A stretch of 64,000 nt of DNA from an uncultured Erysipelotrichaceae bacterium (GCA_902802905.1 CADCNT010000002.1:79879-143878), one strand, 5' to 3'. Positions 9,293-21,954 are shown, counted from the stretch's first letter. Translations and numbers: made by a program. Notes: generated from the sequence alone by a model not told the origin.

Positions 9293-10541
9293 TTTCTTCC
9301 TCGACTTTCTTCATACGAGCGAAATAAAGGCAAGAATCATAAACTTCAAATGGGAAGAATTGTCTTTCTTCTTCTAATTGATACTCTTTATGGTTCACTA
9401 AGAAATTAGCGATGATGTTATTTGATTCTTTTCTATTAAGTGTTGGAACCATATAAACTAGTTCCCCACCTTTTTCTACAAACTTAGAAGATTCTTCTAA
9501 GGCTGCAGTTTCTAAAGCAATAATTTCGTCTAATTGTGATTGTTTAATTCTTAAGAAATAATCTGGTGTGCTTCTAAGCAAATCAAAGGTTGTGCTCTTT
9601 GGCATTGCAATAAAGGTATGAACTTTATTTGATAAGCAAGCAATGAGTCCACTAGCGTTACTCTCATATAAAAATACATGAGGAGGGTTACCCATTTTCT
9701 CAAGATTTCTTTTAGTTTCAATAAAGCAACTTGAATGATTGATAACATAATCTAACTTTAGAGTTGAGCCAAATCTAGTTAATAAATCAAGATAAATGTT
9801 ATTAGGCACTTCTGAGAAAACACCAATTCCTTTTAAAGGATCTAACTCTAAATTATCTAAGACATATTTAGTCGCCATTTTCATAAAGAAAATGTCGTAG
9901 GTATCATATTCTTCTAATTGTTTAGGAGAGTTTCTTCCTTGATAAATTATCATATTATCAATTGGAGAAGCAGAATAATCAGGATGTTTTGCTAAAAATT
10001 CGTCACGATTAATCTTCTTTTCATTGATTCGTAAAGAAGGAACAGAAGGGCGATAATTAACTTTCAAAGTTTTGAAAATAGCCCCTTTGCCGTATTGTTT
10101 TTGCCACATTCTAATCACCCAAGCAGGTGTGTTGTAACGTAACGCTAAAAACTCTGGGGATGCTTTATCTAATTCATTAGGAATGATTTGGTCAGTAGAT
10201 TTGACAAAGTCAAAAAGTGCTTTAATTTTATCTTTGTCTAAGTCTTGCTCCGCTAGAGCGAGAATTTTTGCTCCATCAAATCTTTTTAAGAAAAGTTGAT
10301 TTGCTAAAGCAAAACGAAGATAGACAGTTTTTTCGAATTCTTGGACATCAAGATATCTTTCAATGAGGTTATCAAAGAGATAATGATGACGAAGTTCACA
10401 TCCTACTAAAGCGGTAATATTAGAACGTTCTAAGCTAGATACGTTTACTTTTTTGAAGGTGCTTTTTAAAGCAATGGTAAAAGGCATCTCATTATTCACG
10501 AGCTTAAGAAGGATAATTTTGCTTACTTCAAATTCATTCAT
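9285..10541 (-). CDS. RsmB/NOP2-fold protein lacking the SAM-binding and catalytic-cysteine motifs (degenerate RsmB homologue)
   Basis: NusB-like N-terminus plus an MTase-fold C-terminus that aligns with RsmB. The CAAPGGKT position reads FSEVPNNI, DAPCS reads AMPKS and ATCS reads MVPT. Start 10541 is chosen because a terminator hairpin covers the longer start. Confidence 0.65.
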   Translation of the reverse strand: MNEFEVSKIILLKLVNNEMPFTIALKSTFKKVNVSSLERSNITALVGCELRHHYLFDNLIERYLDVQEFEKTVYLRFALANQLFLKRFDGAKILALAEQDLDKDKIKALFDFVKSTDQIIPNELDKASPEFLALRYNTPAWVIRMWQKQYGKGAIFKTLKVNYRPSVPSLRINEKKINRDEFLAKHPDYSASPIDNMIIYQGRNSPKQLEEYDTYDIFFMKMATKYVLDNLELDPLKGIGVFSEVPNNIYLDLLTRFGSTLKLDYVINHSSCFIETKRNLEKMGNPPHVFLYESNASGLIACLSNKVHTFIAMPKSTTFDLLRSTPDYFLRIKQSQLDEIIALETAALEESSKFVEKGGELVYMVPTLNRKESNNIIANFLVNHKEYQLEEERQFFPFEVYDSCLYFARMKKVEEESD

Positions 10542-10568
10542 ACGTCTATTATTGCACACACTCGCATG

Positions 10569-10598
10569 AAGAAAAAGAAAAAACGACATTTGTCGTTT
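10569..10598 (-). terminator. Intrinsic terminator or attenuator between the acidic-tail ORF and the rsmB-like gene
   Basis: On the minus strand: AAACGACA-aa-TGTCGTTT hairpin followed by TTTCTTTTTC. Confidence 0.45.
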
Positions 10599-10601
10599 CT
10601 T

Positions 10602-11051
10602 CTAGTGATCTATCCCTTCAAAAATGTCGCCGGTAAAAATCTCATCTTCTCCCTCACCTTCTTCAAGGTCTTCTGGGTAATCGGTTTCAAGCTCTACTTC
10701 TGGTTTTTCTTCCATGTAGAGAGGATAATCTTCATTAACATAGAGGTAGTGATTGTCTTGTAAGTAGTACTTAAACAAGATTTCGACATGAATTGCAATT
10801 TGCTTTACATGATGGAGAATAACATCAATTGCTTGATCTTGTAAAACTTCTAATTTCTTAGGAACGTTGACTTCTACGATAACTCTCCAAGAAGTTTGTT
10901 CCACTCCCTTATGGAAAATCATATCGTTAGGAGCGATGAAATTGATTTCATCTTCTTCTACTTCGTAAAGTTTTGCTAAATCCTTCTCTAGAGACATCGA
11001 TAAGTCTCCAACAAGGAATTGATCTAAACCATAAAAAACAACTGTAATCAT
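10602..11051 (-). CDS. Hypothetical protein with a strongly acidic C-terminal tail
   Basis: 149-aa ORF. C-terminus EEKPEVELETDYPEDLEEGEGEDEIFTGDIFEGIDH. It occupies the slot where def-fmt sit in Bacillus. Confidence 0.5.
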   Translation of the reverse strand: MITVVFYGLDQFLVGDLSMSLEKDLAKLYEVEEDEINFIAPNDMIFHKGVEQTSWRVIVEVNVPKKLEVLQDQAIDVILHHVKQIAIHVEILFKYYLQDNHYLYVNEDYPLYMEEKPEVELETDYPEDLEEGEGEDEIFTGDIFEGIDH

Positions 11052-11085
11052 CTTATTTACCTCGAGATATACTATACAACAATTT

Positions 11086-13281
11086 TTATAAATTGTAAGG
11101 GTCTATATTAACACTTAAAGAAATTCCGGTGATATTTAAAGAAGATTTCAATAGTTTCTCTAATGATTTTCTTACAATATCCGGATGCTTGTATTTAATC
11201 ATGATTGAGCGGATATGCTGCTTGTTTTCATAAGGAACATATGGAGTTGTCGGTCCTAAAATAACCGCTTCATCTTGTAGTTCATCATGTAACTTATCGA
11301 TGATTCTATAAACTGTATCAATTGTTAGTTCTTCATTTTTAGAAGCAATAGTAACACTAGCGATAAAAGAATAAGGTGGATAGAATTGTAGCTTTCTTAA
11401 TTCCATCTCTTTCTTATAGAAAAGTTCATAGTCTTGTCTAGCTGCCATGGTGATAGCGTAGTGAGTTGGCGAATAAGTTTGAATAATAGCTTCCCCTTTT
11501 TTATCGCTTCTTCCACTTCTACCCACAGCCTGAGTAATAAGTTGAAACACTCTTTCAGCACTTCGATAGCTTGGTAAAGATAGACCAATATCAGCATTAA
11601 CTACACCCACTAAAGTGACATCAGGGAAATCGTGTCCTTTAGCAATCATTTGCGTACCAATTAAGATATCTGCTTCTTTTCTTCTAAATGCTTCCACGAT
11701 CTGTGGGATTTTTGTTCTAATCTTGGCAGAATCACTATCAAGTCTTAAAGTTCTTGCTTCCGGAAATAAGCGATGCACTTCTTCTTCAATTCGCTCTGTT
11801 CCATAGCCCACTCTCATCAAATATTTCGAGCCACATTCCGAGCAGGTTTCGTGGTCAACTTCAACATAATTACAGTGATGACATTTAAGCATTCTGTCAC
11901 TCTTATGATAGGTTAAAGGTATGTTACATGTAGGGCATTTAAAAATGTGCCCACAACTACGACAATAAACCGAAGAAGAAAAACCACGTTTATTGATCAA
12001 AAGAATGACTTGATTAAAGTTATCTAAAGCCTTTTGAATCGCTTCTCTTAACTTAATAGAAAAGATGTAACTGTCTCGATCGATATTATGATAATCAGAT
12101 AAGTTGATAATTGTGGTTTTAGGCAAATCTTGATTGTTAATTCTTTTTTCTAATTTAAGCAAATGATAGACTCCTTTACCCGCTCTTGCCCTAGTCTCTA
12201 AAGATGGGGTAGCACTACCTAAAATTACTTTACAGTTATGCATCTTGCTTCTCATTAACGCTACTTCTCTAGCGTGATAGAAAGGTGGAACATCTTGCTT
12301 ATAGCTTTCTACATGTTCTTCATCAAGAATGATTAAGCCAATATTACTAAGTGGGGCAAAGATTGCACTACGTGCACCGACAACAATTTTACATTTTCCA
12401 GAAGCAATTTTACGATATTCATCATACTTTTCAGCAGGAGTTAATTCACTATGGAGAATCGCTACATCATCATTAAATCTTGAGATGAAATTTCTCATCA
12501 TCATTGGAGTTAAAGAGATTTCTGGAACTAGCATCAAAACTGATTTGCCAGATTCAAGAACTTGTTTTGATAAATGAAGATAGACTTCGCTTTTTCCACT
12601 GCCGGTAACGCCTTCTAATAGATAAACCAAATCTTTAGAATGATTGAATTCATCTACTACGCTTTGTTGATCCTTAGTTAAGGTAGGAATCTCAACTTTG
12701 TCATAGTTAGGAATCTCTAATCTTCTCTTCTCTTTCTTAACGATTTCCACTAATTCTTTTTCTAGTAATTTATTAAGAACGGAAACCTGTTTAATTTCTC
12801 TTTTTAAAACAGGCTGATTTTGCTTAATGAGTCTTAATAATTCTATTTGAGTAGAGGTTAAATCTTCTTCAGAATATTTTTTAACTTTTACATATTGGTC
12901 ATAGGCAATTTTTGGTGCTTTTAAAGAGCTTCTTCTTGGACTTAAAGAAGGAGGGAGCATAGTCTGCAAAACCGAGATTTTACTAGCGAGATAATAGTTA
13001 CTTACCTTATCCGCTAAAGTCATTAAATCTTCATTTAGTAATGGAGCAGAATCTATCACATCAATGACTTCATTAATTTGAAAACCAAGTTCTTCTTCTA
13101 ACTCCTCTACACTTTTATCTGTGTCATAGACTTTAGTGACATAGCCCACCAATTCTTGATGATTAAAATTAACAAGAACTCTAAAGCCTCTATCCACTTT
13201 CTTTTGACCATTATAAAAGTAAGAAAAAGGACGATTCAGGGAATAATTATGATGCTCGATGAGTAGTTCAATTATTTTCAT
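11086..13281 (-). CDS. priA: Primosomal replication-restart helicase PriA
   Basis: 731 aa. Walker A GVTGSGKSEVY, DEEH box, zinc-binding CRSCGHIFKCPTC...CHHCNY...CSECGS. Confidence 0.9.
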   Translation of the reverse strand: MKIIELLIEHHNYSLNRPFSYFYNGQKKVDRGFRVLVNFNHQELVGYVTKVYDTDKSVEELEEELGFQINEVIDVIDSAPLLNEDLMTLADKVSNYYLASKISVLQTMLPPSLSPRRSSLKAPKIAYDQYVKVKKYSEEDLTSTQIELLRLIKQNQPVLKREIKQVSVLNKLLEKELVEIVKKEKRRLEIPNYDKVEIPTLTKDQQSVVDEFNHSKDLVYLLEGVTGSGKSEVYLHLSKQVLESGKSVLMLVPEISLTPMMMRNFISRFNDDVAILHSELTPAEKYDEYRKIASGKCKIVVGARSAIFAPLSNIGLIILDEEHVESYKQDVPPFYHAREVALMRSKMHNCKVILGSATPSLETRARAGKGVYHLLKLEKRINNQDLPKTTIINLSDYHNIDRDSYIFSIKLREAIQKALDNFNQVILLINKRGFSSSVYCRSCGHIFKCPTCNIPLTYHKSDRMLKCHHCNYVEVDHETCSECGSKYLMRVGYGTERIEEEVHRLFPEARTLRLDSDSAKIRTKIPQIVEAFRRKEADILIGTQMIAKGHDFPDVTLVGVVNADIGLSLPSYRSAERVFQLITQAVGRSGRSDKKGEAIIQTYSPTHYAITMAARQDYELFYKKEMELRKLQFYPPYSFIASVTIASKNEELTIDTVYRIIDKLHDELQDEAVILGPTTPYVPYENKQHIRSIMIKYKHPDIVRKSLEKLLKSSLNITGISLSVNIDPYNL

Positions 13282-13290
13282 TGTTCGTCC

Positions 13291-13863
13291 TTAGCTTTTT
13301 AATTTTGCATTGATAAGATCTACGATTTCTCTACTTGCTCTTGCGACATCGTCATTTAAGATGACGTGGTCGTATTGATCAGATTTGCTCATTTCACTCA
13401 AGCCTTTTTGCAATCTAGCTTGAATGACTTCTTCGCTTTCTGTTTTTCTTCTTCTAATTCTACTTTCTAATGCTTGAATGGTTGGAGGCATTAAGAAGAA
13501 GGAGATTACGCGGTCATCTGTGACCTTTGACATCACTTCTGCTGCTCCATTGACTTCGATTTCAAGGAGAACATTGACACCTTTCTTTCTTTGTTCCTCA
13601 ACTTTATCCTTAGGGGTTCCATATCTATTACCGACAAATTCTTCCCATTCAAGGAAATTGTTTTCGGCAATATTTCGATCAAACTCTTCATTGGTGACAA
13701 AGTAATAATCAACACCTTCGACTTCTTTTTCTCTTTTTTGACGTGTGGTCATAGAAATAGAATAGGCTAACTTAAGATCAAAGTTATCCATGATATAACG
13801 TCTGATGGTGCCTTTTCCGACTCCGGAAGGTCCTGAAAGAATAATAAGTAATCCCTTTTTCAT
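13291..13863 (-). CDS. gmk: Guanylate kinase
   Basis: GPSGVGKGT P-loop, 190 aa, typical Gmk architecture. Confidence 0.95.
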   Translation of the reverse strand: MKKGLLIILSGPSGVGKGTIRRYIMDNFDLKLAYSISMTTRQKREKEVEGVDYYFVTNEEFDRNIAENNFLEWEEFVGNRYGTPKDKVEEQRKKGVNVLLEIEVNGAAEVMSKVTDDRVISFFLMPPTIQALESRIRRRKTESEEVIQARLQKGLSEMSKSDQYDHVILNDDVARASREIVDLINAKLKS

Positions 13864-13930
13864 ATTTGCCTAATATTATAAAGATATCTCTATCTTTTAT
13901 CAAATATTAGATTGTAAAATAATATCGCAA

Positions 13931-15304
13931 ATGAAAAAACTCAATCTAGAAGGCGTATTTCAAATAAAAGAAGATATAGAGAGAAGAATTTTAAATAACT
14001 TCATCACTAATGTTGTAGTCATTAATTCTTCGGATATCGTTTTTTCTTTCTCTTTTCATAAGGATAAATTACTCATTTCCTTAAACCATCAAAATCCATT
14101 TTTAGGGTTTGTAAAAGAGATCACGGCTCATACAGTGTTAGGTGGGCTAAACGATAACCTTAGGAAGTATTTAAAAGGCGCCTATATTGTTGGTGTTGAA
14201 GTGTTAAATAACGATAGAGTGTTGAAATTCACCCTTCATAAATCTGATGAATTTTATGAAAAGGAAACCTACTATCTAATTTTAGAATTAATCCCTACTA
14301 TTTCTAATTTAATTTTATTAAATGAGAAAAATGAGATAATTTTTGCTAAACATTATTCTGATTTAACAGCCTCTAGACCGATAGTTAGAAAGCTAACTTA
14401 TTCTCCAATAGTGAAACAAAAAGAATTAGAACGTGGTGAGTTTGATTATATCTCTTATCAACAAGAGGTTAATGAATATGTATTTAATTCTTTATCACAA
14501 AAACAAAAAGAAAAAGCGCTCCCCCTCTATAATTTCTTTAAAACCAGAATTAAATCTTTGTCTCGCAAGGTTAAAGTCCTAGAAAAAGAAGTTGAAGACG
14601 CAAAAAAGAAGTTGGTCTATATGGAATATGGGCAAACACTTTTAACTATTAAAGGAGATAAAGAAGAACTAGACGCCTTTATAAATATTATTAAGGATAT
14701 ATATGATAGCGATTTATCCCCTGAAGAAAACGCGACAAGTTTATTTAACCGCTACAAAAAGGCAAAAAGAACTATCGAAAACGATTTAAGAGAGATTGAT
14801 ATCGCTAACAATGAAATTCAAGAATATCAACATTATATCGATATTTTTGCTTATTTAAACGAAGATGAGATTCTCTCTTTAACTTATAAATATTTACCGA
14901 AGACACCTAAAGACAAAAGAAAAGTAATTGTGGACGCAAGCGAGCCATATTACGTTGAAGTTAACAAAGTAAGAATTGGCTTTGGCAAAAACAAAGAACA
15001 AAACAACAACTTAACTTTCAAGAAAGCAAAAAAAGAATATACCTTTATCCATCTAGCGGATTATTCAGCCTCACATGTAGTTATATTTTCAGATAAAGTA
15101 GATAAAGATTTATTGCTAATTGGCTTAGAAATCGCACTTCTTTTAAGTGGAAGAGAAGACGGCGACTTACAAGTTGCCAAAATCAAAGACATTAAAAAAG
15201 GACATAAGTTAGGCGAGGTAATTCTTAATAACTACCAAACTTATACCCTGAAGAATATAAGAAGTTCCACTAAGGAACTGCTAAATAATCAAAGAAGATT
15301 CTAA
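13931..15304 (+). CDS. NFACT-family protein (RqcH/FbpA-like), short form
   Basis: 457 aa. NFACT-N-like N-terminus, coiled-coil middle and a DUF814/NFACT-R-like C-terminus (YTFIHLADYSASHVVIF). Confidence 0.6.
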   Translation: MKKLNLEGVFQIKEDIERRILNNFITNVVVINSSDIVFSFSFHKDKLLISLNHQNPFLGFVKEITAHTVLGGLNDNLRKYLKGAYIVGVEVLNNDRVLKFTLHKSDEFYEKETYYLILELIPTISNLILLNEKNEIIFAKHYSDLTASRPIVRKLTYSPIVKQKELERGEFDYISYQQEVNEYVFNSLSQKQKEKALPLYNFFKTRIKSLSRKVKVLEKEVEDAKKKLVYMEYGQTLLTIKGDKEELDAFINIIKDIYDSDLSPEENATSLFNRYKKAKRTIENDLREIDIANNEIQEYQHYIDIFAYLNEDEILSLTYKYLPKTPKDKRKVIVDASEPYYVEVNKVRIGFGKNKEQNNNLTFKKAKKEYTFIHLADYSASHVVIFSDKVDKDLLLIGLEIALLLSGREDGDLQVAKIKDIKKGHKLGEVILNNYQTYTLKNIRSSTKELLNNQRRF

Positions 15305-15819
15305 TCTTCTTTTTTAAACAAGAAATCTTCTCCCTTTATCGATTCATGCGTGGATAGATTAGGGAATTTTTGTTGTCTTAATACTTCATAGACCACAATC
15401 GCAACAGAATTAGATAAATTTAAACTTCTAGCTTCTGGCACCATTGGAATACGAAGTAAACGATTAGGATGCTCTCTTAAGATATCATGAGGAATACCTG
15501 TTGATTCTCTTCCGAACATCAAAAAGATATCATGTGTCACTTCTTTAAAATCAAATGAAGAATAAACTTTATTAGAGTATCGAGTGACATAGTATGTATC
15601 AGCGTTAGGATACTCTTTTAAATAATCTTCATAAGTTGGAAAGAAATTATATTTCAAGGAATCAATATAGTCCATTCCTGCTCTTTTTAAATCTTTGCTA
15701 TCCAAAGAAAAAGAGAGGGGACCAATGATGTCTAGTGTAGCATTAATTGCTACACATGTTCTCATTATGTTCCCTGTATTTTGTGGTTTTTCTGGTCGAT
15801 AAAGGACTATATGAATCAT
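15301..15819 (-). CDS. trmL: tRNA (cytidine/uridine-2'-O)-methyltransferase TrmL (SpoU family)
   Basis: 172 aa. PEKPQNTGNIMRTCVA and LNLSNSVAIVVYE SPOUT motifs. Confidence 0.85.
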   Translation of the reverse strand: MIHIVLYRPEKPQNTGNIMRTCVAINATLDIIGPLSFSLDSKDLKRAGMDYIDSLKYNFFPTYEDYLKEYPNADTYYVTRYSNKVYSSFDFKEVTHDIFLMFGRESTGIPHDILREHPNRLLRIPMVPEARSLNLSNSVAIVVYEVLRQQKFPNLSTHESIKGEDFLFKKED

Positions 15820-16382
15820 TAATAGCCTCTAGCTTTTTTCTCCGCTAAATATTTTGGCTCGATAGTTGTTTTATAAGCTTTAATACATTCAGCAATAATG
15901 ACTTTAGCTTCATTGACATCTTTGACTTCATCAATAGCGGTAGATTTACCTTCTAAGGTTTTATAAACCGCAAAGAAGTGTTTAATCTCATCCATGATGT
16001 GGCCTGGGATATCGGTGATATTGTCATATTGCGCGTAGAATGGATCATTAAGAGGAACAGCGATAATCTTCTCATCGAAAAGACCATTGTCTTTCATAAT
16101 AAGAACGCCAATTGGCTTACATTCCACAAAACTCATCGGAATAATTGATTCGCTACAAAGCACTAAAACATCAAGAGGGTCATAGTCTCTAGCGTAGGTT
16201 CTTGGAATAAAACCATAGTTTTGTGGGTAGTGAGTACTAGTAAATAAGACACGGTCAAGCATTAAGTGACCAGTCTCCTTATCTAATTCGTATTTATTTT
16301 TACTGGCTTTTGAGATTTCAATTAACGCTAAAAAGCGATCTGGGGTAACTCTATTAGCTCTTACGTCATGCCAAGGATGCAT
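15819..16382 (-). CDS. ppa: Inorganic pyrophosphatase, family I
   Basis: 187 aa. MHPWHDV..., YGFIPRT and DPLDVLVL are family I PPase signatures. Confidence 0.9.
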   Translation of the reverse strand: MHPWHDVRANRVTPDRFLALIEISKASKNKYELDKETGHLMLDRVLFTSTHYPQNYGFIPRTYARDYDPLDVLVLCSESIIPMSFVECKPIGVLIMKDNGLFDEKIIAVPLNDPFYAQYDNITDIPGHIMDEIKHFFAVYKTLEGKSTAIDEVKDVNEAKVIIAECIKAYKTTIEPKYLAEKKARGY

Positions 16383-16410
16383 ATTATTTCTCCTCCATTA
16401 TTATTATAAT

Positions 16411-16811
16411 CTATTCATTTTTAACCGAAATACGATTTAAGGCTCTAGCTAAAGCGGCTTTTGCTCTAGTAACATCGACTTCTTCTTGATCTTGAAGTCT
16501 TTCTTCTGCTCTACGTTTTGCATCTAAAGCTCTATCTAAATCAATTTCTTCAACGCTTTCAATTGCGTCTAACATTAAAACGACATTGTGGTCTTTTTTG
16601 ATGTGCATCACTCCACCCGTAATAGCGTAGTTATCTTCTTTGCCGCCATTTCTAATTGTCATCTTACAAATTTCTAAAGTAGTAATTAGTGGGGCGTGAT
16701 TCGGCATAATTCCTAGCACACTTAAAGAGGATGTGACTTTTAAAAAGTCAGCATCTTTAGATAAATACTTCCCGGTTGGGGTATATACATCAATGTGGAA
16801 GACCTTATTCA

Positions 16812-16812
<1 letters not shown>
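16411..16812 (-). CDS. atpC: F1 ATP synthase epsilon subunit
   Basis: 133 aa, directly downstream of atpD, with the typical beta-sandwich plus helical hairpin pattern. Confidence 0.9.
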
Positions 16813-19078
<2,266 letters not shown>

Positions 19079-19084
19079 AAACTA

Positions 19085-20602
19085 TTATTTAAATTCTTCA
19101 AGATAAAGTTCGTTGAATTTAGTGAATGATTCCACTAATTTCTTTTCAACTTCTGGTTTAATTTCTTTTTCTTTAGCGATACTTTCTAAAATTCCTTTAT
19201 CAGTAGATTTAGTGAATTCATAGCTTTTAGCTAAGTAATCACCAATCTTGTTTTTCTTAAGCGAATCAAGATATTTGTTTTTCGCAGCAAAGAGATAAAA
19301 AATCTCTTTTTCCATTGGATAAGGATTATATTGGCCTTGTTTTAAGACCTCCAAAAGAGCCTCACCATGTTTCAATATCGATAATGTAGAAGCATCTAAA
19401 TCACTACCAAATTGCGCAAAGGATTTCATTTCTTCAAAGCTTGCTAAATCAATTTTTAAGCTTCTTGCTACTTGCTTCATCGCTTTGGTTTGGGCGGCAC
19501 CACCAACACGGGATACGGATAAACCAGCGTCGATAGCAGGTCTTTGTCCAGCGTTAAATAAATCAGTAACTAAGAAGATTTGTCCATCGGTGATGGAAAT
19601 GACATTAGTAGGAATATAAGCGGAGATGTCGCCTGATTGTGTCTCTACGATTGGTAAAGCGGTAATTGAACCACCGCCATATTCGTCAGATAATTTACAC
19701 GCTCTTTCGAGTAAACGGCTATGTAAATAGAAGACATCACCTGGATAAGCTTCTCTTCCTGGACTACGTTTTAGTAATAAAGATAAGGTACGATAACTAA
19801 CGGCGTGTTTACTTAGATCGTCATAGACGATTAAGACGTCTTTGCCTTGATGCATCCACTCTTCCGCCATTGCCACTCCAGCATAAGGAGCAACATATAA
19901 CATAGGAGCAGGTTCAGATGCAGTAGCAGACACCACTAAAGTGTAATCAAGAGCACCAAAGTTTCTTAATTTATCAACGATTTGGGCAACTGTGGAATTC
20001 TTTTGACCGATAGCCACATAAATACATAAGACATCTTTACCTTTTTGGTTGATGATTGTATCAATGGCAATCGCGGTTTTTCCGGTTTGTCTATCACCAA
20101 TAATTAATTCTCTTTGACCTCTACCAATAGGGGTGATTGCATCAATCGCAGTAATACCGGTTTCTAAAGGAGTATCAACACTCTTACGAGTAATAACTCC
20201 AGGAGCGATAACTTCAATTGGTCTGAGTTTTTTAGTTTCGATTGGGCCAAGGCCATCAATAGGTTGACCTAATGCGTTAACTACTCGACCTAATAAAGCA
20301 TCACCAACAGGGACTTCCATGACGCGTTTAGTACGTTTAACTTCATCTCCTTCTTTAATTAAAGAATCATCACCTAATAAGACTGCACCAACATGGTCGA
20401 GTTCAAGGTTCATCACTAAGCCATAAATATCATTTGGGAATAAAAGCAATTCACCAAGCATAGCTTGTGATAAGCCATAAACTAAAGCAATACCATCACC
20501 AACAGTAACAACTGTGCCGACGTCATTGCTATCGACTTCGTGGTGGTAGTTCTTAATTTGTTCTTTAATTAAAGCACTAATTTCGTTAGCGTTAATTTTC
20601 AT
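19085..20602 (-). CDS. atpA: F1 ATP synthase alpha subunit
   Basis: GDRQTGKTA Walker A, 505 aa. Confidence 0.97.
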   Translation of the reverse strand: MKINANEISALIKEQIKNYHHEVDSNDVGTVVTVGDGIALVYGLSQAMLGELLLFPNDIYGLVMNLELDHVGAVLLGDDSLIKEGDEVKRTKRVMEVPVGDALLGRVVNALGQPIDGLGPIETKKLRPIEVIAPGVITRKSVDTPLETGITAIDAITPIGRGQRELIIGDRQTGKTAIAIDTIINQKGKDVLCIYVAIGQKNSTVAQIVDKLRNFGALDYTLVVSATASEPAPMLYVAPYAGVAMAEEWMHQGKDVLIVYDDLSKHAVSYRTLSLLLKRSPGREAYPGDVFYLHSRLLERACKLSDEYGGGSITALPIVETQSGDISAYIPTNVISITDGQIFLVTDLFNAGQRPAIDAGLSVSRVGGAAQTKAMKQVARSLKIDLASFEEMKSFAQFGSDLDASTLSILKHGEALLEVLKQGQYNPYPMEKEIFYLFAAKNKYLDSLKKNKIGDYLAKSYEFTKSTDKGILESIAKEKEIKPEVEKKLVESFTKFNELYLEEFK

Positions 20603-20613
20603 AAAATTACCTC

Positions 20614-21141
20614 CTATTTAAGTAAGGATAATTTCATATTCTCAAGATGGTGTTTAATACTACCATCATAAATATGATCGTTAATCACGACTTTGACCCC
20701 ACCAATTAAGTTAGGATCAATAATATTTTTTAAGTCAGTAGGTCGTTTTTCTACTTTACTTATAGCGTTATTGAGTTTAAGAAGTTGTGCTTCTGAAAGT
20801 GGTTCAGTGCTATAAACTAAACCTTCTAAGACTCCACGTTCATCATTGATTAATGAGTTGACCTTCTCAAAGATATCTACCAAGTAGATAACACGATGAT
20901 TCTTCACCACAATTTTGATGAGGTTGATAATATCTTGGTCTACTCCTTTAAAGACTTTATCAATGATTTTTTCTTTTTCCTCGAATTCTTTATAAGAGGA
21001 ATTGAGCACCATAATGAAATCAGGGTTTTGTTTTAAAACCTTAATCAGTTCCTTGATCTCTCCTTGAGTCTCATCTAGTTGATTTTGATCTCTTTTAATG
21101 GAGAATAAGGCCTCGGCGTAACGTGAAGCAATCTCTTTCAT
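20614..21141 (-). CDS. atpH: F1 ATP synthase delta subunit (OSCP)
   Basis: 175 aa. Assigned from operon position and the N-terminal RYAEALF motif. Confidence 0.85.
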   Translation of the reverse strand: MKEIASRYAEALFSIKRDQNQLDETQGEIKELIKVLKQNPDFIMVLNSSYKEFEEKEKIIDKVFKGVDQDIINLIKIVVKNHRVIYLVDIFEKVNSLINDERGVLEGLVYSTEPLSEAQLLKLNNAISKVEKRPTDLKNIIDPNLIGGVKVVINDHIYDGSIKHHLENMKLSLLK

Positions 21142-21143
21142 AA

Positions 21144-21722
21144 CTATTTCTTCACATCCTCAATAAATTCTTCGAGTAAACGGGTATTGTCTTCAGAAGT
21201 AACTTCTCTTCCAAGCAACTCTTTAGAAGCATCTAAAGCCACAGAGACCATTTCTTTTCTAATATTCTCTTGTGCTTCTACTTCCATACGAGCTATATCG
21301 TTTTCAGCATCTTTCTTCATTCTTTCCACATCAAAAGCGGTTTGCTCGAGAATTTTATTTCTCTCCACTTCAGCGTTAGATTTTGCCTCGGCAACGATAT
21401 CCGCCGCCGTCCTATTACTAGCAAGGACTGTTTCTTTAGATTTGAGTTCGTTTTCTTGCCAAACTGCTTTGCTTTTTTCAGCTTCTTCAATTTCGCTCAT
21501 AATGTGTTCTTGTCTTTTGTTAATAATCTTTTTGATTGGCTTATAACCAAAGATAATGACCACTAAAATAAGGACGAGCAAAGCACCTAGCTGGGCCACA
21601 AAGGAAATCCAGTTAGGGATGAGTTTTCCAATAAATGCATCGCCATTTAATTCTCCTGAGACATCACATCCAGTAAGTAATAGCGATATTGGAAGCAAGA
21701 AAATCAAATTTCTTTTCTTCAT
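21144..21722 (-). CDS. atpF: Fo ATP synthase b subunit with an N-terminal lipoprotein signal (lipobox LLTGC)
   Basis: MKKRNLIFLLPISLLLTGC, then a TM helix, then a long charged coiled coil. Operon position. Confidence 0.85.
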   Translation of the reverse strand: MKKRNLIFLLPISLLLTGCDVSGELNGDAFIGKLIPNWISFVAQLGALLVLILVVIIFGYKPIKKIINKRQEHIMSEIEEAEKSKAVWQENELKSKETVLASNRTAADIVAEAKSNAEVERNKILEQTAFDVERMKKDAENDIARMEVEAQENIRKEMVSVALDASKELLGREVTSEDNTRLLEEFIEDVKK

Positions 21723-21735
21723 AAGCTCCTCCTTA

Positions 21736-21951
21736 CTAAGCGACGAAAATAATTAAAATAGCGACTAATAATGCATAAATAGCGGTTGTTTCAACAAGAG
21801 CACAAGCAAGAATCATGTTGGTTCTGAGTTTTCCATACATTTCTGGATTGCGGCTCATTCCATCAACGGTTTTAGCACAAACTAAGGCTTCACCAAGAGC
21901 GGATGGCATAACGGCTAAGATAGCAATTGCGGCTGCTAAAGCATTTCCCAT
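21736..21951 (-). CDS. atpE: Fo ATP synthase c subunit
   Basis: 71-aa hairpin proteolipid with the conserved carboxylate in ACALVETTAIY. Confidence 0.9.
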   Translation of the reverse strand: MGNALAAAIAILAVMPSALGEALVCAKTVDGMSRNPEMYGKLRTNMILACALVETTAIYALLVAILIIFVA

Positions 21952-21954
21952 GTT

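Noticed and set aside
21187-21756. Three plus-strand ORFs (119, 98 and 66 aa) overlapping atpF
   Set aside because: They are antisense shadows of a well-supported atp operon gene. Their products are low-complexity (Ser/Phe/Leu-rich), and they have no RBS.
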